A stretch of 64,000 nt of DNA, taken from NCBI GenBank assembly GCA_040882605.1, contig JBBEAY010000064.1:659-64658 (forward strand), read 5' to 3'. Under the pieces are notes generated by a model. The model made no database searches. It was given only the letters and a program-made list of their open reading frames with translations, and was not told the DNA's origin. Below are positions 50,135-61,099 of this stretch, one piece after another (positions within the stretch are counted from its first letter, which is position 1; each line of letters opens with the position of its first letter). The stretch comes from Actinomycetota bacterium. Its GTDB lineage: Bacteria > Actinomycetota > UBA4738 > HRBIN12. The position numbers were made by a program, and so were the translations under genes.

Positions 50135-52212
50135 GGCTCGACATCCGCGCGTCGCTGTCCGAACCGGTCGTAAGCCTCGACGATCTCCTGCACGATCTTG
50201 TGCCGCACCACATCGCGCCCGCCGAGATGGCAGAAGGCGATGTCGTCGATGTCGTCCAGGATGCCCTCGACCACCGCGAGCCCCGACGCCTGCCCGGTGC
50301 CGAGGTCGACCTGTGTGGTGTCGCCGTTGATCACGGCCTTCGACCCGAACCCGATGCGCGTGAGGAACATCTTCATCTGCTCAGGGGTCGTGTTCTGCGC
50401 CTCGTCGAGGATGATGAACGCATCGTTAAGAGTGTTGTGCGTCACGAGGAAGTCGTCGGTGACGTACAGCGAATCCTGAGCCGCCACCTGGATACACACG
50501 GTCTCGGACTCACCGGCCGGCTCGATCCGATCGATGAAGCGCATCGGCCGTCCGCCCCCGCCGAACGCCGCGTAGGTACCCGCCTTCCGGGTGAGCCGGA
50601 ACGGTGCGATGTGCTCGGGAAGCCGGATGTCGAGCGTGTAGGCGTCGGAGCGATTGGGCACCGGGCGACCGTGCGCCCGACCCGGGGCACGGCCGTGTGC
50701 CAGCCGCGTCCGGGCGTAGGCGACCCCGCCGAGTGACCGCACGAGGAAGACAACGTCGTCGCGCAGTCGCGGGGATGTGGTCGTGTACTGGATGCGGCAG
50801 GTGCGGCGAGCCTGCGTGACCGGCCCACCATCTGTATCGAGGAGACCTTGCAGGACCGCGAGCCGAACCTCGGCCGAGTTGCACATGTAGGGCTCGGGAA
50901 CGAACTTCGTGCCGGACCGCGCGCCTGCCAGACCGAGCTGCCGCAACACCGCCGTGACCGGGTTGGCGACGATCACTCCCCCGCGCCCTCCGCCGCGGCG
51001 GCGAAGCACGTAGTCGTAGCTGCTCTTGCGGAACAGCTCGATCCCCTCGAGCGCCATCTCGAGCGACAACGCCAGCTCGGGGTCGGCCGTCGAGAACGAG
51101 GGTGTCGTCGCGGTCGTGATGCAGCCGTCTCCCAAGAGAAGTCCGAGTGCGTACGGATCCATGGGGACCTCTCGTGGCTCGAACGACACAGGCTCGGATA
51201 CGAGCGGTAGCTCGAATCGGTGCGCGTGCGCGGCGCGGAGCCGGCCCATCATCTCCCGCGTCTCGAACACACAGTGCTGCCGCCCGGCTCGTCGGTCTGC
51301 CGCCGTCGAGACGGCCCAGAGGTGCTCGCCCGAGCAGATCGTCGACGCGCCGTCTTGCGCCGTGAGCCGGAAGACTTCCTTGCGCCCCTGCGGGAACACG
51401 CCGAGCACCGGCGTTGGTCGTCCGTCTGAGCCCAGCACGAGATCGCCCACCTGGAGATCGCCGAGCGGGCGGAAGCCTTCGGGGGTCAGGACTTGGCGGT
51501 CAAGTGGCTGCGCGCGCCCACGCATATAAGCGAGCGGCGCGACCTCGACCGTTCCCCGTTCCATCAGCCGAGGAAGCGTCTCGGCGCCGGTCATCTCGAA
51601 GAGCGCGTCGTAGAGCGGGCGCATGTAGGGATCGATCTTCTCGTAGAGCGTTCCGGGCAGGAACCCGAGACGCTCCCCCGCCTCGACCGCCGGCCGCGTG
51701 AGGATCAAGCGCGAGACCTGGTGGTCCTGCAACGCCTTCACCGCAGTCGCGACCGCGAGGTAGGTCTTGCCGGTGCCGGCCGGACCGATCGCGAACGTCA
51801 CAGTGTTCGACCTGATCGCGTCGACGAATCGCTTCTGCCCGATCGTCTTGGGGGTGATGCCCTTGCCGCGAGCGGTGAGCAGCCGGTCGCCAAGCACCTG
51901 GGACGGCCGCATCTCCTGCTCGCCATCGGGGCCGTCGCCGCCGCCCTTGACGAGCGCGATCGTCTGTCCGACCGAGGAATCGGTGAGCTCGTTCCCCTGC
52001 TCGAGCAGCAGGAGCAGTTCCTCGAAGATTCGAGCGACCCGCTCGGCTTCGGCCTCGCGACCCGTCACGGTGATCTCGTTGCCTCGAACGAGGATGCGGC
52101 CATCGAACGCCGACTCGATCAACTTGAGGAAGGCGTCGCGCTGGCCGAGGAGGGCAACCATCGACTGGCTGCCCGGCACGAGGATCTTGACTTGGGTGGT
52201 GGCGTTCGCCAC
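50131..52212 (-). CDS. phoH: PhoH-family ATPase, intein-containing
   Basis: GPAGTGKT, LTRPAVEAGE.LGFLPG, APLAYMRGR|intein|TLNDAFIILDEAQN, GD.TQVDL. Confidence 0.95.
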   Translation of the reverse strand: MANATTQVKILVPGSQSMVALLGQRDAFLKLIESAFDGRILVRGNEITVTGREAEAERVARIFEELLLLLEQGNELTDSSVGQTIALVKGGGDGPDGEQEMRPSQVLGDRLLTARGKGITPKTIGQKRFVDAIRSNTVTFAIGPAGTGKTYLAVATAVKALQDHQVSRLILTRPAVEAGERLGFLPGTLYEKIDPYMRPLYDALFEMTGAETLPRLMERGTVEVAPLAYMRGRAQPLDRQVLTPEGFRPLGDLQVGDLVLGSDGRPTPVLGVFPQGRKEVFRLTAQDGASTICSGEHLWAVSTAADRRAGRQHCVFETREMMGRLRAAHAHRFELPLVSEPVSFEPREVPMDPYALGLLLGDGCITTATTPSFSTADPELALSLEMALEGIELFRKSSYDYVLRRRGGGRGGVIVANPVTAVLRQLGLAGARSGTKFVPEPYMCNSAEVRLAVLQGLLDTDGGPVTQARRTCRIQYTTTSPRLRDDVVFLVRSLGGVAYARTRLAHGRAPGRAHGRPVPNRSDAYTLDIRLPEHIAPFRLTRKAGTYAAFGGGGRPMRFIDRIEPAGESETVCIQVAAQDSLYVTDDFLVTHNTLNDAFIILDEAQNTTPEQMKMFLTRIGFGSKAVINGDTTQVDLGTGQASGLAVVEGILDDIDDIAFCHLGGRDVVRHKIVQEIVEAYDRFGQRRADVEP
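50434..51513 (-). mobile_element. Class-3 intein (360 aa) with LAGLIDADG homing endonuclease
   Basis: Begins AQPLD, ends VTHN before Thr+1; W in CSGEHLW, C in TVCIQV, T in VTHN; LGLLLGDG and LQGLLDTDG motifs. Confidence 0.93.
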
Positions 52213-52313
52213 GTGTGTCGTCTCTCGGGGCGGTGGCCCCGTTCCCTTCTGGTCCGCCCAGCACGGTCAAAGACGGCCGCCGTGAGGCGGCCTTCCCATC
52301 ACTGTAGCCGAAC

Positions 52314-52661
52314 CTAGCCTGGAGGCCAGCCCATCGAGCGACCCCCGAGCAGGTGGAAGTGCAGATGGAACACCGTCTGCCCGGCGTCGGGCCCCACGTT
52401 GGTCACGAGCCTCCAGCCATCGTCGGCGATGCCTTCGGCCCGGGCGAGCTGGCTCGCGGCCTGCACGATATCGCTCAGCAGATCGCCGTGATCGTCGCCG
52501 AGCTCGGCGACCGAAGCGAGGTGCTCCTTGGGGATCAGCAAGATGTGTGTCGGCGCCTGCGGGTTCACGTCGCGGAAGGCCACCAGTCGATCCGATTCCC
52601 GCAGGATCTCCGCCGGGATCTCGCGCGCGGCGATGCGGCAGAAGAGACATGAGCTGTCCAT
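52314..52661 (-). CDS. HIT-family nucleotide-binding protein
   Basis: CLFC, FRDVNPQAPTH, GQTVFHLHFHLLGG. Confidence 0.95.
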   Translation of the reverse strand: MDSSCLFCRIAAREIPAEILRESDRLVAFRDVNPQAPTHILLIPKEHLASVAELGDDHGDLLSDIVQAASQLARAEGIADDGWRLVTNVGPDAGQTVFHLHFHLLGGRSMGWPPG

Positions 52662-52682
52662 CGCGCTCAGACTACCCGGGGC

Positions 52683-53795
52683 TCAGAACTCGGGGCGGCG
52701 CAGCAGGGCTCGCGCGGGCTCGAGCTTCGACGCCTGCTCACCGCGGAGCTCCGACAGCCGTTCCCAGAGCTTACGCTCTTCCCGTGAGAGACCGTCGGGA
52801 GTCACGACGTGGAGCGTAACGTAGAGATCTCCACGGCCGCGCCGGTTCACGTTGGGCACGCCGCCCCCCTTGATGCGGACGACCGTCCCCGACTCGGTGC
52901 CCGCCCCGACGCTGATGCGCTCGGGCCCGTCGAGGCCCCCGATCTCGAGCTCGGCGCCGAGTGTCGCCTGTGTCATCGAGACGTCGAGCACGGTGAACAC
53001 GTCCTGGCCGCGGCGATCGAACTCCTCCGCGGGCTCCACCGAGATGCCGACGTAGAGGTCTCCCGGCGGTCCCCCGGCGATGCCCGCATGACCGTTTCCG
53101 GTGACCCGCAGCTCCATACCCTCGGAGACCCCGGCGGGGATCTCGATCGTCACCGTGGTCTGCTCGCGCCGGCGGCCCTCACCGAAGCATGACTCACAGG
53201 GGTCCAGCACCTGCTGGCCGGTGCCCCGGCAGGTGCTGCACGGCGTGGCGGTCATGACCGTGCCGAAGACGCTCCTGCGCACGGCCTGCACCTGACCCTC
53301 GCCGCCGCACGTGCGGCACGAGACCGGAGCGGTGCCCGGCTCTGCGCCGTTGCCCCCGCACCGATCGCACGCCACGAGCCGCTCGATCTCGAGGTCGCGG
53401 CGCGCGCCGAAGACCGCATCGCGGAAACCGAGCACGATGCGAACGCCCAGGTCCTCGCCGTGCCGCGTGCGTGAAGGGGGACCTCGCCTGCGGCTTCCTC
53501 CGGTACCGAAGCCACCTTGGCCGAAGAACATGTCGAAGATGTCCTGGATATCGTTGAATCCGCCGCCCGCCGGACCGCCCGTGCTTCCGAAGGCGTCGTA
53601 CTGTCGGCGCTTGGCGGGGTCCGAAAGGATCTCGTAGGCCCCCGCCACTTCCTTGAAGCGTGCTTCGGCCACAGCCTCGCCGTTGACGTCGGGGTGCAGC
53701 TCGCGAGCGAGACCGCGATAGGCCTTCTTGATGTCGTCGTCGCTGGCGTCGCGTGTCACACCGAGCACGTCGTACAGGTCGCGCACGGCCGCCAT
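52683..53795 (-). CDS. dnaJ: Chaperone DnaJ
   Basis: HPD J-domain, G/F region, four CxxCxGxG repeats. Confidence 0.97.
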   Translation of the reverse strand: MAAVRDLYDVLGVTRDASDDDIKKAYRGLARELHPDVNGEAVAEARFKEVAGAYEILSDPAKRRQYDAFGSTGGPAGGGFNDIQDIFDMFFGQGGFGTGGSRRRGPPSRTRHGEDLGVRIVLGFRDAVFGARRDLEIERLVACDRCGGNGAEPGTAPVSCRTCGGEGQVQAVRRSVFGTVMTATPCSTCRGTGQQVLDPCESCFGEGRRREQTTVTIEIPAGVSEGMELRVTGNGHAGIAGGPPGDLYVGISVEPAEEFDRRGQDVFTVLDVSMTQATLGAELEIGGLDGPERISVGAGTESGTVVRIKGGGVPNVNRRGRGDLYVTLHVVTPDGLSREERKLWERLSELRGEQASKLEPARALLRRPEF

Positions 53796-54845
53796 CTAGT
53801 GATCGATCTCCGTGGCGAGCTCCGACAATCGCTGGGCCACGGCGCGCACCGAGGCCATCGCCGAGAGGTAGTCCATGCGGGTCGGACCGACGACGCCGAT
53901 CGTGCCGAGCGTCGTTTCACCGGTCTTGAACGGGGCGGTGATGAGCGAGGCTTCCCATTCGCCGGTGGAAGGGTGCTCGGCCCCTATCGTCACGTTCAGC
54001 TCAGCGCTCGAGGAGCCGATGTCGGCGAGCACGTCCAGCATCTCCTGTTCGCGCTCGAGGGTCTCGAACAGCCTGCGGAGCGTATCGCGGCGCATCTGCT
54101 GGGCCTCTCCAGCAAGGTTCGAGACGCCACCCACCACCATATGGGCCGAACGCGCACCCTGGGTTGCGATGCGCAGCGTCTCCACGGCGTAGAGGAGCAG
54201 GTCGCGCTGGCCGTCGCCCCCTTCGGCCGCGAGTTGCAGAAGTCGAGCCTGGGCGTCGAGGTAGTTCAGGCCTCGCAGGCCCTTGAGCCGCCGGTCGGCA
54301 TCGCGCAACGCGGCCGAGTCGACGCCGTCGGGCTTGTCGATCACCTGCTTGTCGACGCGCCCGTGCTGGCCGACCACCAGGATCATCAGCGTCGGGCCCA
54401 TGTCGATGAGCTCGACCCGCACGATCGGTTCTTCGCCCGCGCTCGAGGGCACCGCGAGCCCCGCGTACTGCGTGAGGCGGGAGAGCAGCTGCACGCTGCC
54501 GGTGAGCACCTCCTCGAGGTCGACGATCGCCTCGGCGAAGTAGCCGGCGATCAGCTTGCGCTGGGCCTCGCGAAGACGCCCCCCTGCTGGCAGGGAGTCG
54601 ACGTAGTGGCGGTACCCCGTATCGGTCGGGATGCGACCGGCGCTCGTGTGCGGATGCGTGAGGTAGTTGAGCTCCTCGAGCGCGGCCATCTCGTTGCGGA
54701 TCGTGGCGCTCGACACTCCGAGGCCAGAGTGCTCCGCGATCGATTCGCTGCTCACAGGCTCTCCCGTGCGCACGTACTGCTCGACCACGGCACGCAGCAC
54801 CGCGGACTTCCGAGGGCCCAGATCGGGACGATCTCCATCCGCCAT
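53796..54845 (-). CDS. hrcA: Heat-inducible transcriptional repressor HrcA
   Basis: VSSATIRNEM, PHTSAGRIPT..GYR, VVGPTRMDY. Confidence 0.96.
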   Translation of the reverse strand: MADGDRPDLGPRKSAVLRAVVEQYVRTGEPVSSESIAEHSGLGVSSATIRNEMAALEELNYLTHPHTSAGRIPTDTGYRHYVDSLPAGGRLREAQRKLIAGYFAEAIVDLEEVLTGSVQLLSRLTQYAGLAVPSSAGEEPIVRVELIDMGPTLMILVVGQHGRVDKQVIDKPDGVDSAALRDADRRLKGLRGLNYLDAQARLLQLAAEGGDGQRDLLLYAVETLRIATQGARSAHMVVGGVSNLAGEAQQMRRDTLRRLFETLEREQEMLDVLADIGSSSAELNVTIGAEHPSTGEWEASLITAPFKTGETTLGTIGVVGPTRMDYLSAMASVRAVAQRLSELATEIDH

Positions 54846-54852
54846 AGCGTCA

Positions 54853-54886
54853 ATCATACGAAGCACCCTGTGCCCGGGAGTGCTAA
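54853..54886 (-). promoter_or_regulatory. CIRCE operator overlapping the hrcA promoter
   Basis: Minus strand TTAGCACTC-N9-GGGTGCTTC (54886-54860): one perfect arm, one 6/9; adjacent TATGAT -10 at 54858-54853. Confidence 0.85.
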
Positions 54887-54905
54887 GCCAGTGCGCCGGA
54901 CCAGC

Positions 54906-55667
54906 TCAACAGGGAAGGTCGTTGATGGTCTTGCGTAGCTGCGCGAACGGTTTGGCCGTGGGCTGCTGATCCGCGAGCGCCTGCCGAGCATCCTCGATCG
55001 CGGCGATCACCGCTTTGACCTCTTTCGCGGTCTGGCTCTCCCCAGCTTGCTTCAACGCGGCGGCATCTGCCTTCAGCTCGTCGGCTGCGGCCGCGAGAGC
55101 ACTGTCGCGGACCAGCTGGGTCTGCTGCTGTACGTGGCCGCACATCGTCGCGATGGCCTGTTCGCCGGTGACCTGGGCACCCGTGTCGTTCGCCGGTGGA
55201 GGCGCGTCGTCGCCGCCGAACACCAGGTTGAACAGCACGACGACGATCACGAGTGCCAGCACACCCGCGACGACGTAGAGCCACATCGGGCGACCGCTCG
55301 ACTCCCGAACCGGCATCGCGAACGCGTCCTGGGGGCCCTCGTCGTCGCTTCCGAAGCCGAGCCCAGGGGGGAAGGCCGACCCTGGCGCTTCCTGCGGCGT
55401 GTCGAGCACGGCGTCGGTGATCATCATCGGGGGCGGCGCCGCGGGCTCTGGCGGTGGCGGCGGGGCGGGTTCGGACGAGGCTTCCTGCAGCAGGCCGCAC
55501 CGTGGACAGGTCCACGTGGTCGCGCCCGGCTTCGCATGGAACCGCGAGCCGCACGAACGGCAGACCACGAATCCCCATTCCTTGCCGCACGATGAGCACG
55601 TGTATCCGCTGGACCCTGCCTCGACGTGCTGGGCCGTATCGCAGCTCGGACAACGCACCGACGGCAT
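54906..55667 (-). CDS. Zinc-ribbon membrane protein
   Basis: Four CxxC (CPSC, CSSC, CRSC, CPRC), Pro-rich linker, one TM helix, helical C-terminal domain. Confidence 0.75.
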   Translation of the reverse strand: MPSVRCPSCDTAQHVEAGSSGYTCSSCGKEWGFVVCRSCGSRFHAKPGATTWTCPRCGLLQEASSEPAPPPPPEPAAPPPMMITDAVLDTPQEAPGSAFPPGLGFGSDDEGPQDAFAMPVRESSGRPMWLYVVAGVLALVIVVVLFNLVFGGDDAPPPANDTGAQVTGEQAIATMCGHVQQQTQLVRDSALAAAADELKADAAALKQAGESQTAKEVKAVIAAIEDARQALADQQPTAKPFAQLRKTINDLPC

Positions 55668-55762
55668 GATGCACTCTATCCCCACGAGAGGACGAAACCC
55701 CACATCGGTCCGAGTCGGGACAACCGAATGGACCGCACGAGCGTCTCTCGGACAGGAAGGAG

Positions 55763-56274
55763 ATGCCGCTGCTCGATGACGCGACGATCCGCGAGCTCCT
55801 GAGAACCGACTACGCGCGACTGGTGAACGCCGTCGCCCTCGTGTCGGGGAGCTTCGCCGCGGCCGAGGACGCAGTGCAGGAAGCGATCGTGCGGGCGTGG
55901 ACCAGCCGGGAGTCGATCGAGTCCCCGGCCGCATGGGTGGCGGTGGTGGCGATGAACCTGTCCCGCAGCGCATGGAGACGAACGTTCGCCGAGCGGAAAG
56001 CGCGTGAGCGTCTGGGCGGGGCCGTGCCGGTGGCTCAAGCACGATCGACGACCGAGTGAACGTGGCCCGCGCTCTTGCCGCGCTTCCTCGTCGCCAACGT
56101 GAGGTCGCAGTGCTGCGCTACTTCCTGCAGCTCAGCACCGAAGAGACGGCGATCGCGCTCGGCGTGGGCGCGGGTACGGTCAAGAACTCGCTCGCGAAGG
56201 CTCGGGTCTCGCTCGCGGTCACGCTTCGAGAGACCGATGGCGTGGAGGTGACCCCCGATGCCGAACCTCGATGA
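55763..56274 (+). pseudogene. ECF sigma factor split by a frameshift (sigma2 in 55763-56059, sigma4 in 56056-56274)
   Basis: AEDAVQEA..RAW in the first ORF; LPRRQREVAVLRY...GTVKNSLAKAR in the second; the second frame reads STIDDRVNV upstream of its GTG. Confidence 0.8.
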
Positions 56275-58060
56275 ACGGCTCACTCGGCGGCTGCAGGCAG
56301 CCGCACACCCGATCGAGCCCGGACGCCTGTTCGAAACCCTCGAGCGACGCCGGTCGAAGCGCACCGTTCGTCGCCGGGTCGAGCGGGCGGCGCTGAGTGT
56401 CGGCGTGGCTGCCATCACGATCGCGGTGATGGTCGTGGCGGCCGGCACCTTCGGGAGCGATCGCGACGCCCCGATCGTGATCGGACAGGTACCTGACGGC
56501 CCCTTCACCAACGGAGTGGTGGCCGTTGCCGACGGCGATGGCCTGTTCGAGGTGGACCCCGTAACAGGCGAGACTCACCCCATCGAGGGCCTGCCGCAGG
56601 GGATCTGGACGGTGTCGTACTCCACCGATGGCGCACAGATCGCGCTCACGGTGTTCCCGAGACAGGGACCGAGGGAACTCTGGGTGGCAGACTCCGACGG
56701 CAGCGGCGCCACTCGGATCGCGAGCTCAGCGAACGTCTCGGGCGCTTCGTGGTCCCCCGATGGTGCGTGGATCGCTTACGCCGCAGACACGAAAGAGGGG
56801 TCGTCGATCCATCTCGTTCGCCCTGACGGCACCGATGACAGGATGGTAGGACCCCTCCTCACCGATCGGGACTACTTCTCGGTCTCATTCAGCCCAGACG
56901 GATCATCGCTGCTGTTCGACCAAGGCACCGATGTCGGCTTCGGCATCTTCGCCATGAGCATCGACGGCACCAGTGTTCGGCGCATCTCCGACGGGGACCG
57001 CGACTACAACCCCTCGTGGTCACCCGACGGCACGCGCATCGCGTTCACTCATACGGACGGGCCCATGGATTCAGACATCTTCGTCATGGATGCCGATGGC
57101 TCGAACACCACGCGCCTCACCGATGGCGGCGAAGGCGACACTAATCTCGGCGCCGTGTGGGCGCCGGATGGCAGCCGCATCGCATATCAGGCGGGGGTCA
57201 CCGGTGGCCCCGGCCCTGTGCGCCTGATCGACCCGGATGGCGGCAACTCAACAGTGCTGCTGGACGCACAAGTCTTGGGCTTGGCGTGGCAGCCTCTGCC
57301 CGACGATGGTGTCTCCCTGGCACCGGACGAACCTAAGGGTATCGATATCGGGCTCGGATTCCGGCTGTGCGACGTGCAGCGGCTCGGCGGGATCGACTTC
57401 TTCGGCGACGGGAACCGTCGCGTCGCATGGACGGGCTCTCCGCTGAAGGAGAGCGGCCGATGCTCGAAGGCGTATGACGCGAAACACGTGGTCGCCGTCG
57501 ACCACGACGGCGACGGGTCGGCCGACTCGTGGACGGAACTTCCCCACTGCACGGGCTGCGAGCCGTACGACGCTGCAGACCTCGGAGGCGACGGAACGCG
57601 CGAGCTGATCGTGCTTCTGCAGTACGGCAGCACACCGCAGTACGGAGTGTTCGACGTGGTTCCCGAGGGGCTGCCGAGGAACGCCGGGGTATACCCTGTG
57701 TTCGTCGATCCACCGGGCGCGCCCGACGCGGGACTCCCGCCCGGCGAGTCGGTCACGCTGTGGGCCGGTGGCGACGAAGGGTTCAGTGCCGCGATCCGAT
57801 GCGACGGATATCCTGATGCGCCTGAGTTCCTCATCGCGTGGAGCCTCTACTCGATCACGGATGCCGAGACCGATCCGAAGGCCACCGAGGAGTTCCATGT
57901 GGCTCGACTCCGCCTCGATGAGCCCGACGCCGCCGGTGCCTCGATCGTCGTCCTCGAGACCACGAGCACGGTGCGACCGTGGGAAGTCGCGGGCCTCGGG
58001 TTCGAACCACCCGCCCGCGCCTGCGGGGTGGCCTGGGATCCGTTCGCTCCCCAGCCGTAA
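56258..58060 (+). CDS. Putative anti-sigma factor with TolB/PD40 beta-propeller
   Basis: Short N-terminus, TM helix, repeated (W/F)SPDG motifs; overlaps the sigma gene end. Confidence 0.8.
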   Translation: MPNLDERLTRRLQAAAHPIEPGRLFETLERRRSKRTVRRRVERAALSVGVAAITIAVMVVAAGTFGSDRDAPIVIGQVPDGPFTNGVVAVADGDGLFEVDPVTGETHPIEGLPQGIWTVSYSTDGAQIALTVFPRQGPRELWVADSDGSGATRIASSANVSGASWSPDGAWIAYAADTKEGSSIHLVRPDGTDDRMVGPLLTDRDYFSVSFSPDGSSLLFDQGTDVGFGIFAMSIDGTSVRRISDGDRDYNPSWSPDGTRIAFTHTDGPMDSDIFVMDADGSNTTRLTDGGEGDTNLGAVWAPDGSRIAYQAGVTGGPGPVRLIDPDGGNSTVLLDAQVLGLAWQPLPDDGVSLAPDEPKGIDIGLGFRLCDVQRLGGIDFFGDGNRRVAWTGSPLKESGRCSKAYDAKHVVAVDHDGDGSADSWTELPHCTGCEPYDAADLGGDGTRELIVLLQYGSTPQYGVFDVVPEGLPRNAGVYPVFVDPPGAPDAGLPPGESVTLWAGGDEGFSAAIRCDGYPDAPEFLIAWSLYSITDAETDPKATEEFHVARLRLDEPDAAGASIVVLETTSTVRPWEVAGLGFEPPARACGVAWDPFAPQP

Positions 58061-58089
58061 CGTACTCAGTCCCATTAATCCAACGCGGA

Positions 58090-59205
58090 CTAGTATCGAG
58101 CACTCCCGGCCGTGAGACCCAGCACCAGCTCGTTCAGGAGCAGCATGCCGCGTTCGGTGGGCACGAGTGACCCGGCGTCGTCGGTCAACAGGCCGCTCTC
58201 GAGGAACGCCTCCGCCCGATCGTCGTCGATCCAACTGGCGGGCACGCCTTCGAGGATGCGCAGACGCAGGAAGACCTCTTCGAGATAGGCGTCGCCGGCG
58301 TCGAGCGTCTCCGCGCCGCCGACCGGCAGCTCACCTCGTTCCACCGTCGCCAGGTACTCCTCGGGCGGGCGGACGTTCCACCATCGGCGGTTGTCGCGGT
58401 GGGAGTGCGCGCCGGCGCCGACGCCGAGGTAGGGCTGTCGTCGCCAGTACCCCAGGTTGTGCTGACACTCGTATCCGGGCTTCGCCCAGTTCGAGATCTC
58501 GTAGTGGCCGTATCCGGCGTCGCCGAGCTTGGAACACGCCAGCAGGAACATGTCGGCTTGCACGTCGGGGTCTGGCGCCGGCACGTCGCCGCGGGCAACC
58601 GCGCGCCCGAGCGCGGTCGTGGACTCGATCGTGAGCGCATAGGCGCTCACGTGCTCCGGACCGAGCACGATCGTCTCTTCGAGTGTGCGTTCCCACGACT
58701 CGAGGGTCTCGGCGTGCGCGCCGTAGATGAGGTCGAGGTTGACGTTGGAGTAGCCAGCGGCGCGCACGGCGACCCACGCCCGCCTGACGCTCTCGGGTGA
58801 GTGCACGCGCTCGAGCGCCTGCAACACCGCGGGGTCGAACGACTGGGCGCCCATCGACAGCCGCGTGAATCCCGCCGAGTGCAGCGCAACGAGCGACGCC
58901 TCGTCGACCGTGTCAGGGTTCGCCTCGGTCGTGACCTCGGCGCCGGGCGCGACGTCGAACGATCTCCGAAGTTCCACCAAGAGCGAGCCGAGATCGCCGG
59001 GCGTCATCGTCGTCGGCGTTCCCCCGCCAAGGAAGACGCTCCCGACCTCGACGCCTTCCCACGCGGGCGCAGCTAGGGCGATCTCGCCGAGCAGCGCTCG
59101 CAGGTACCGGGGCTGCAGCTCGTCGAGCCCGGCGTAGGCGTTGAAGTCGCAGTAGCCGCATCGCGTGAGGCAGAACGGCACGTGCACGTAGATCCCGGCG
59201 CTCAC
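58090..59205 (-). CDS. hemW: Radical SAM heme chaperone HemW
   Basis: [36 protein letters not shown]; follows lepA. Confidence 0.93.
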   Translation of the reverse strand: MSAGIYVHVPFCLTRCGYCDFNAYAGLDELQPRYLRALLGEIALAAPAWEGVEVGSVFLGGGTPTTMTPGDLGSLLVELRRSFDVAPGAEVTTEANPDTVDEASLVALHSAGFTRLSMGAQSFDPAVLQALERVHSPESVRRAWVAVRAAGYSNVNLDLIYGAHAETLESWERTLEETIVLGPEHVSAYALTIESTTALGRAVARGDVPAPDPDVQADMFLLACSKLGDAGYGHYEISNWAKPGYECQHNLGYWRRQPYLGVGAGAHSHRDNRRWWNVRPPEEYLATVERGELPVGGAETLDAGDAYLEEVFLRLRILEGVPASWIDDDRAEAFLESGLLTDDAGSLVPTERGMLLLNELVLGLTAGSARY

Positions 59206-61016
59206 TTCTTGCTCCTTGCAGAGTTCCCCTCATCTACGCGCAGCGCCTTGATGAACGCTTCCTGCGGTACGTCGACGCGGCCGACCCGGCGCATGCGCTC
59301 CTTGCCCTTCTTCTGGGTCTCGAGCAGCTTCCTCTTGCGGGTGATGTCGCCGCCGTAGCACTTGGCGAGCACATCCTTGCGCTTGGCCTTGACCGTCTCG
59401 CGGGCGATGATCTTCGAGCCGATCGCGGCCTGGACCGCCACGTCGAAGAGCTGGCGCGGGATGAGCTCCTTGAGCCGCTCGACCATCTGCTTGCCGTAGG
59501 TGAAGGACTTGTCGCGGTGCACGATCGTGCTGAACGCGTCGACCGGCTCGCCGTGCAGCAGCACGTCGACTCGCACGAGATCGGCTTCCTGGTAGCCCCA
59601 AGGCTCGTAGTCGAGGCTCGCGTATCCGCGCGTGCTCGACTTCAGCTGGTCGAAGAAGTCGAAGACGATCTCGGCCATGGGCAGCACGTAGTGCACCTCG
59701 ACCCGCTCGGGTGTGAGGTAGCTCATGTCGACCAGCTCACCGCGACGCTCCTGGCTGAGACCCAACACGGCACCGAGGTAGTCCGCCGGGGTGATGATCG
59801 TGGCGAACACGACCGGCTCCTCGGCCTTGTCGTAGTCGCCCCCCGGCGGCATATCGGTCGGGTTGTGCACGGTCGTCATCTCGCCGCCCTGGAACACGTG
59901 GAATTCCACGTTGGGCGCGGTCGCGATCAGCTCGAGATCGAACTCGCGCTCGAGCCGCTCCTTCACGATGTCCATGTGCAGCAGCCCGAGGAATCCGCAC
60001 CGGAACCCGAAGCCGAGCGCCCGCGACGTCTCGGGCTCGAAGTGCAGCGCGGCGTCGCTCAGCTTCAGCTTGTCGAGCGCGTCGCGCATGTCGGCGTAGT
60101 CGCTGCCGTCGGCAGGGAAGAGCCCCGACCACACCATCGGCTTCGGCTCGCGATAGCCCGGAAGCGGCTCGGTCGCGCCATGCTTGCCCGCAAGCGTGAT
60201 CGTGTCGCCGACCTTCGCCTGGTGAACGTCCTTCAGGCCCGTGACGATGTAGCCGACTTCCCCGGGGCCGAGCTCGGGCACCGGCGTCGGCTCGGGCGCG
60301 TTCACGCCCGTCTCCTCGGCCTCACTCTCGACGCGGGTCGCGAACATGCGGATGCGGGCGCGCGACGCCAGCACTCCCTGCTGCACCCTCACGTACGTGA
60401 TCACGCCGCGGTACGGGTCGAACATCGAGTCGAAGATCAATGCCTGCAGCGGCTTCGTGGGGTCGCCGACCGGCGCCGGCACGCGGTCGATCACCGCGGC
60501 CAACAGCGCGTCGACGCCCTCGCCCGACTTAGCGCTGATGTGCAGGATGTCGGCCGGATCGCAGTCGAGCAGGTTCGCGAGCTCTTTCGCGCGCTGCTCG
60601 GGCTCGGCGGCGGGCAGGTCGATCTTGTTGATCGCCGGCACGATCACGAGGCCGGCGTCGCGTGCGAGGTGGTAGTTCGCGAGCGTCTGCGCCTCGAGGC
60701 CTTGGGCGGCGTCGACGAGCAGCACGGCGCCTTCACACGCTTCCAGCGAACGCGAGACTTCGTAGGTGAAGTCCACGTGGCCGGGCGTGTCGATCAGGTT
60801 CAGCTCATAGCCCTCGTGCAGCAGGCGCACCGACTGCGCCTTGATCGTGATGCCGCGCTCTCGCTCGATATCCATCTTGTCGAGGTACTGCGCGCGCATG
60901 TCGCGGTCAGCGACGGTGTGCGTGACTTCGAGCAGGCGGTCGGCCAGCGTCGACTTGCCGTGATCGATGTGCGCCACGATGCAGAAGTTGCGGATGTGGG
61001 AGGTGTCGGTGGTCAC
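59202..61016 (-). CDS. lepA: Translation elongation factor 4
   Basis: [47 protein letters not shown]. Confidence 0.98.
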   Translation of the reverse strand: MTTDTSHIRNFCIVAHIDHGKSTLADRLLEVTHTVADRDMRAQYLDKMDIERERGITIKAQSVRLLHEGYELNLIDTPGHVDFTYEVSRSLEACEGAVLLVDAAQGLEAQTLANYHLARDAGLVIVPAINKIDLPAAEPEQRAKELANLLDCDPADILHISAKSGEGVDALLAAVIDRVPAPVGDPTKPLQALIFDSMFDPYRGVITYVRVQQGVLASRARIRMFATRVESEAEETGVNAPEPTPVPELGPGEVGYIVTGLKDVHQAKVGDTITLAGKHGATEPLPGYREPKPMVWSGLFPADGSDYADMRDALDKLKLSDAALHFEPETSRALGFGFRCGFLGLLHMDIVKERLEREFDLELIATAPNVEFHVFQGGEMTTVHNPTDMPPGGDYDKAEEPVVFATIITPADYLGAVLGLSQERRGELVDMSYLTPERVEVHYVLPMAEIVFDFFDQLKSSTRGYASLDYEPWGYQEADLVRVDVLLHGEPVDAFSTIVHRDKSFTYGKQMVERLKELIPRQLFDVAVQAAIGSKIIARETVKAKRKDVLAKCYGGDITRKRKLLETQKKGKERMRRVGRVDVPQEAFIKALRVDEGNSARSKK

Positions 61017-61099
61017 GGCTCACCCATGGTACGGGGGGGAAGTGGCGCTGCTCGGAGCGGGCAGTTCGCCGGGACCCGGCTGGTACGCTGGGCGGCCGA

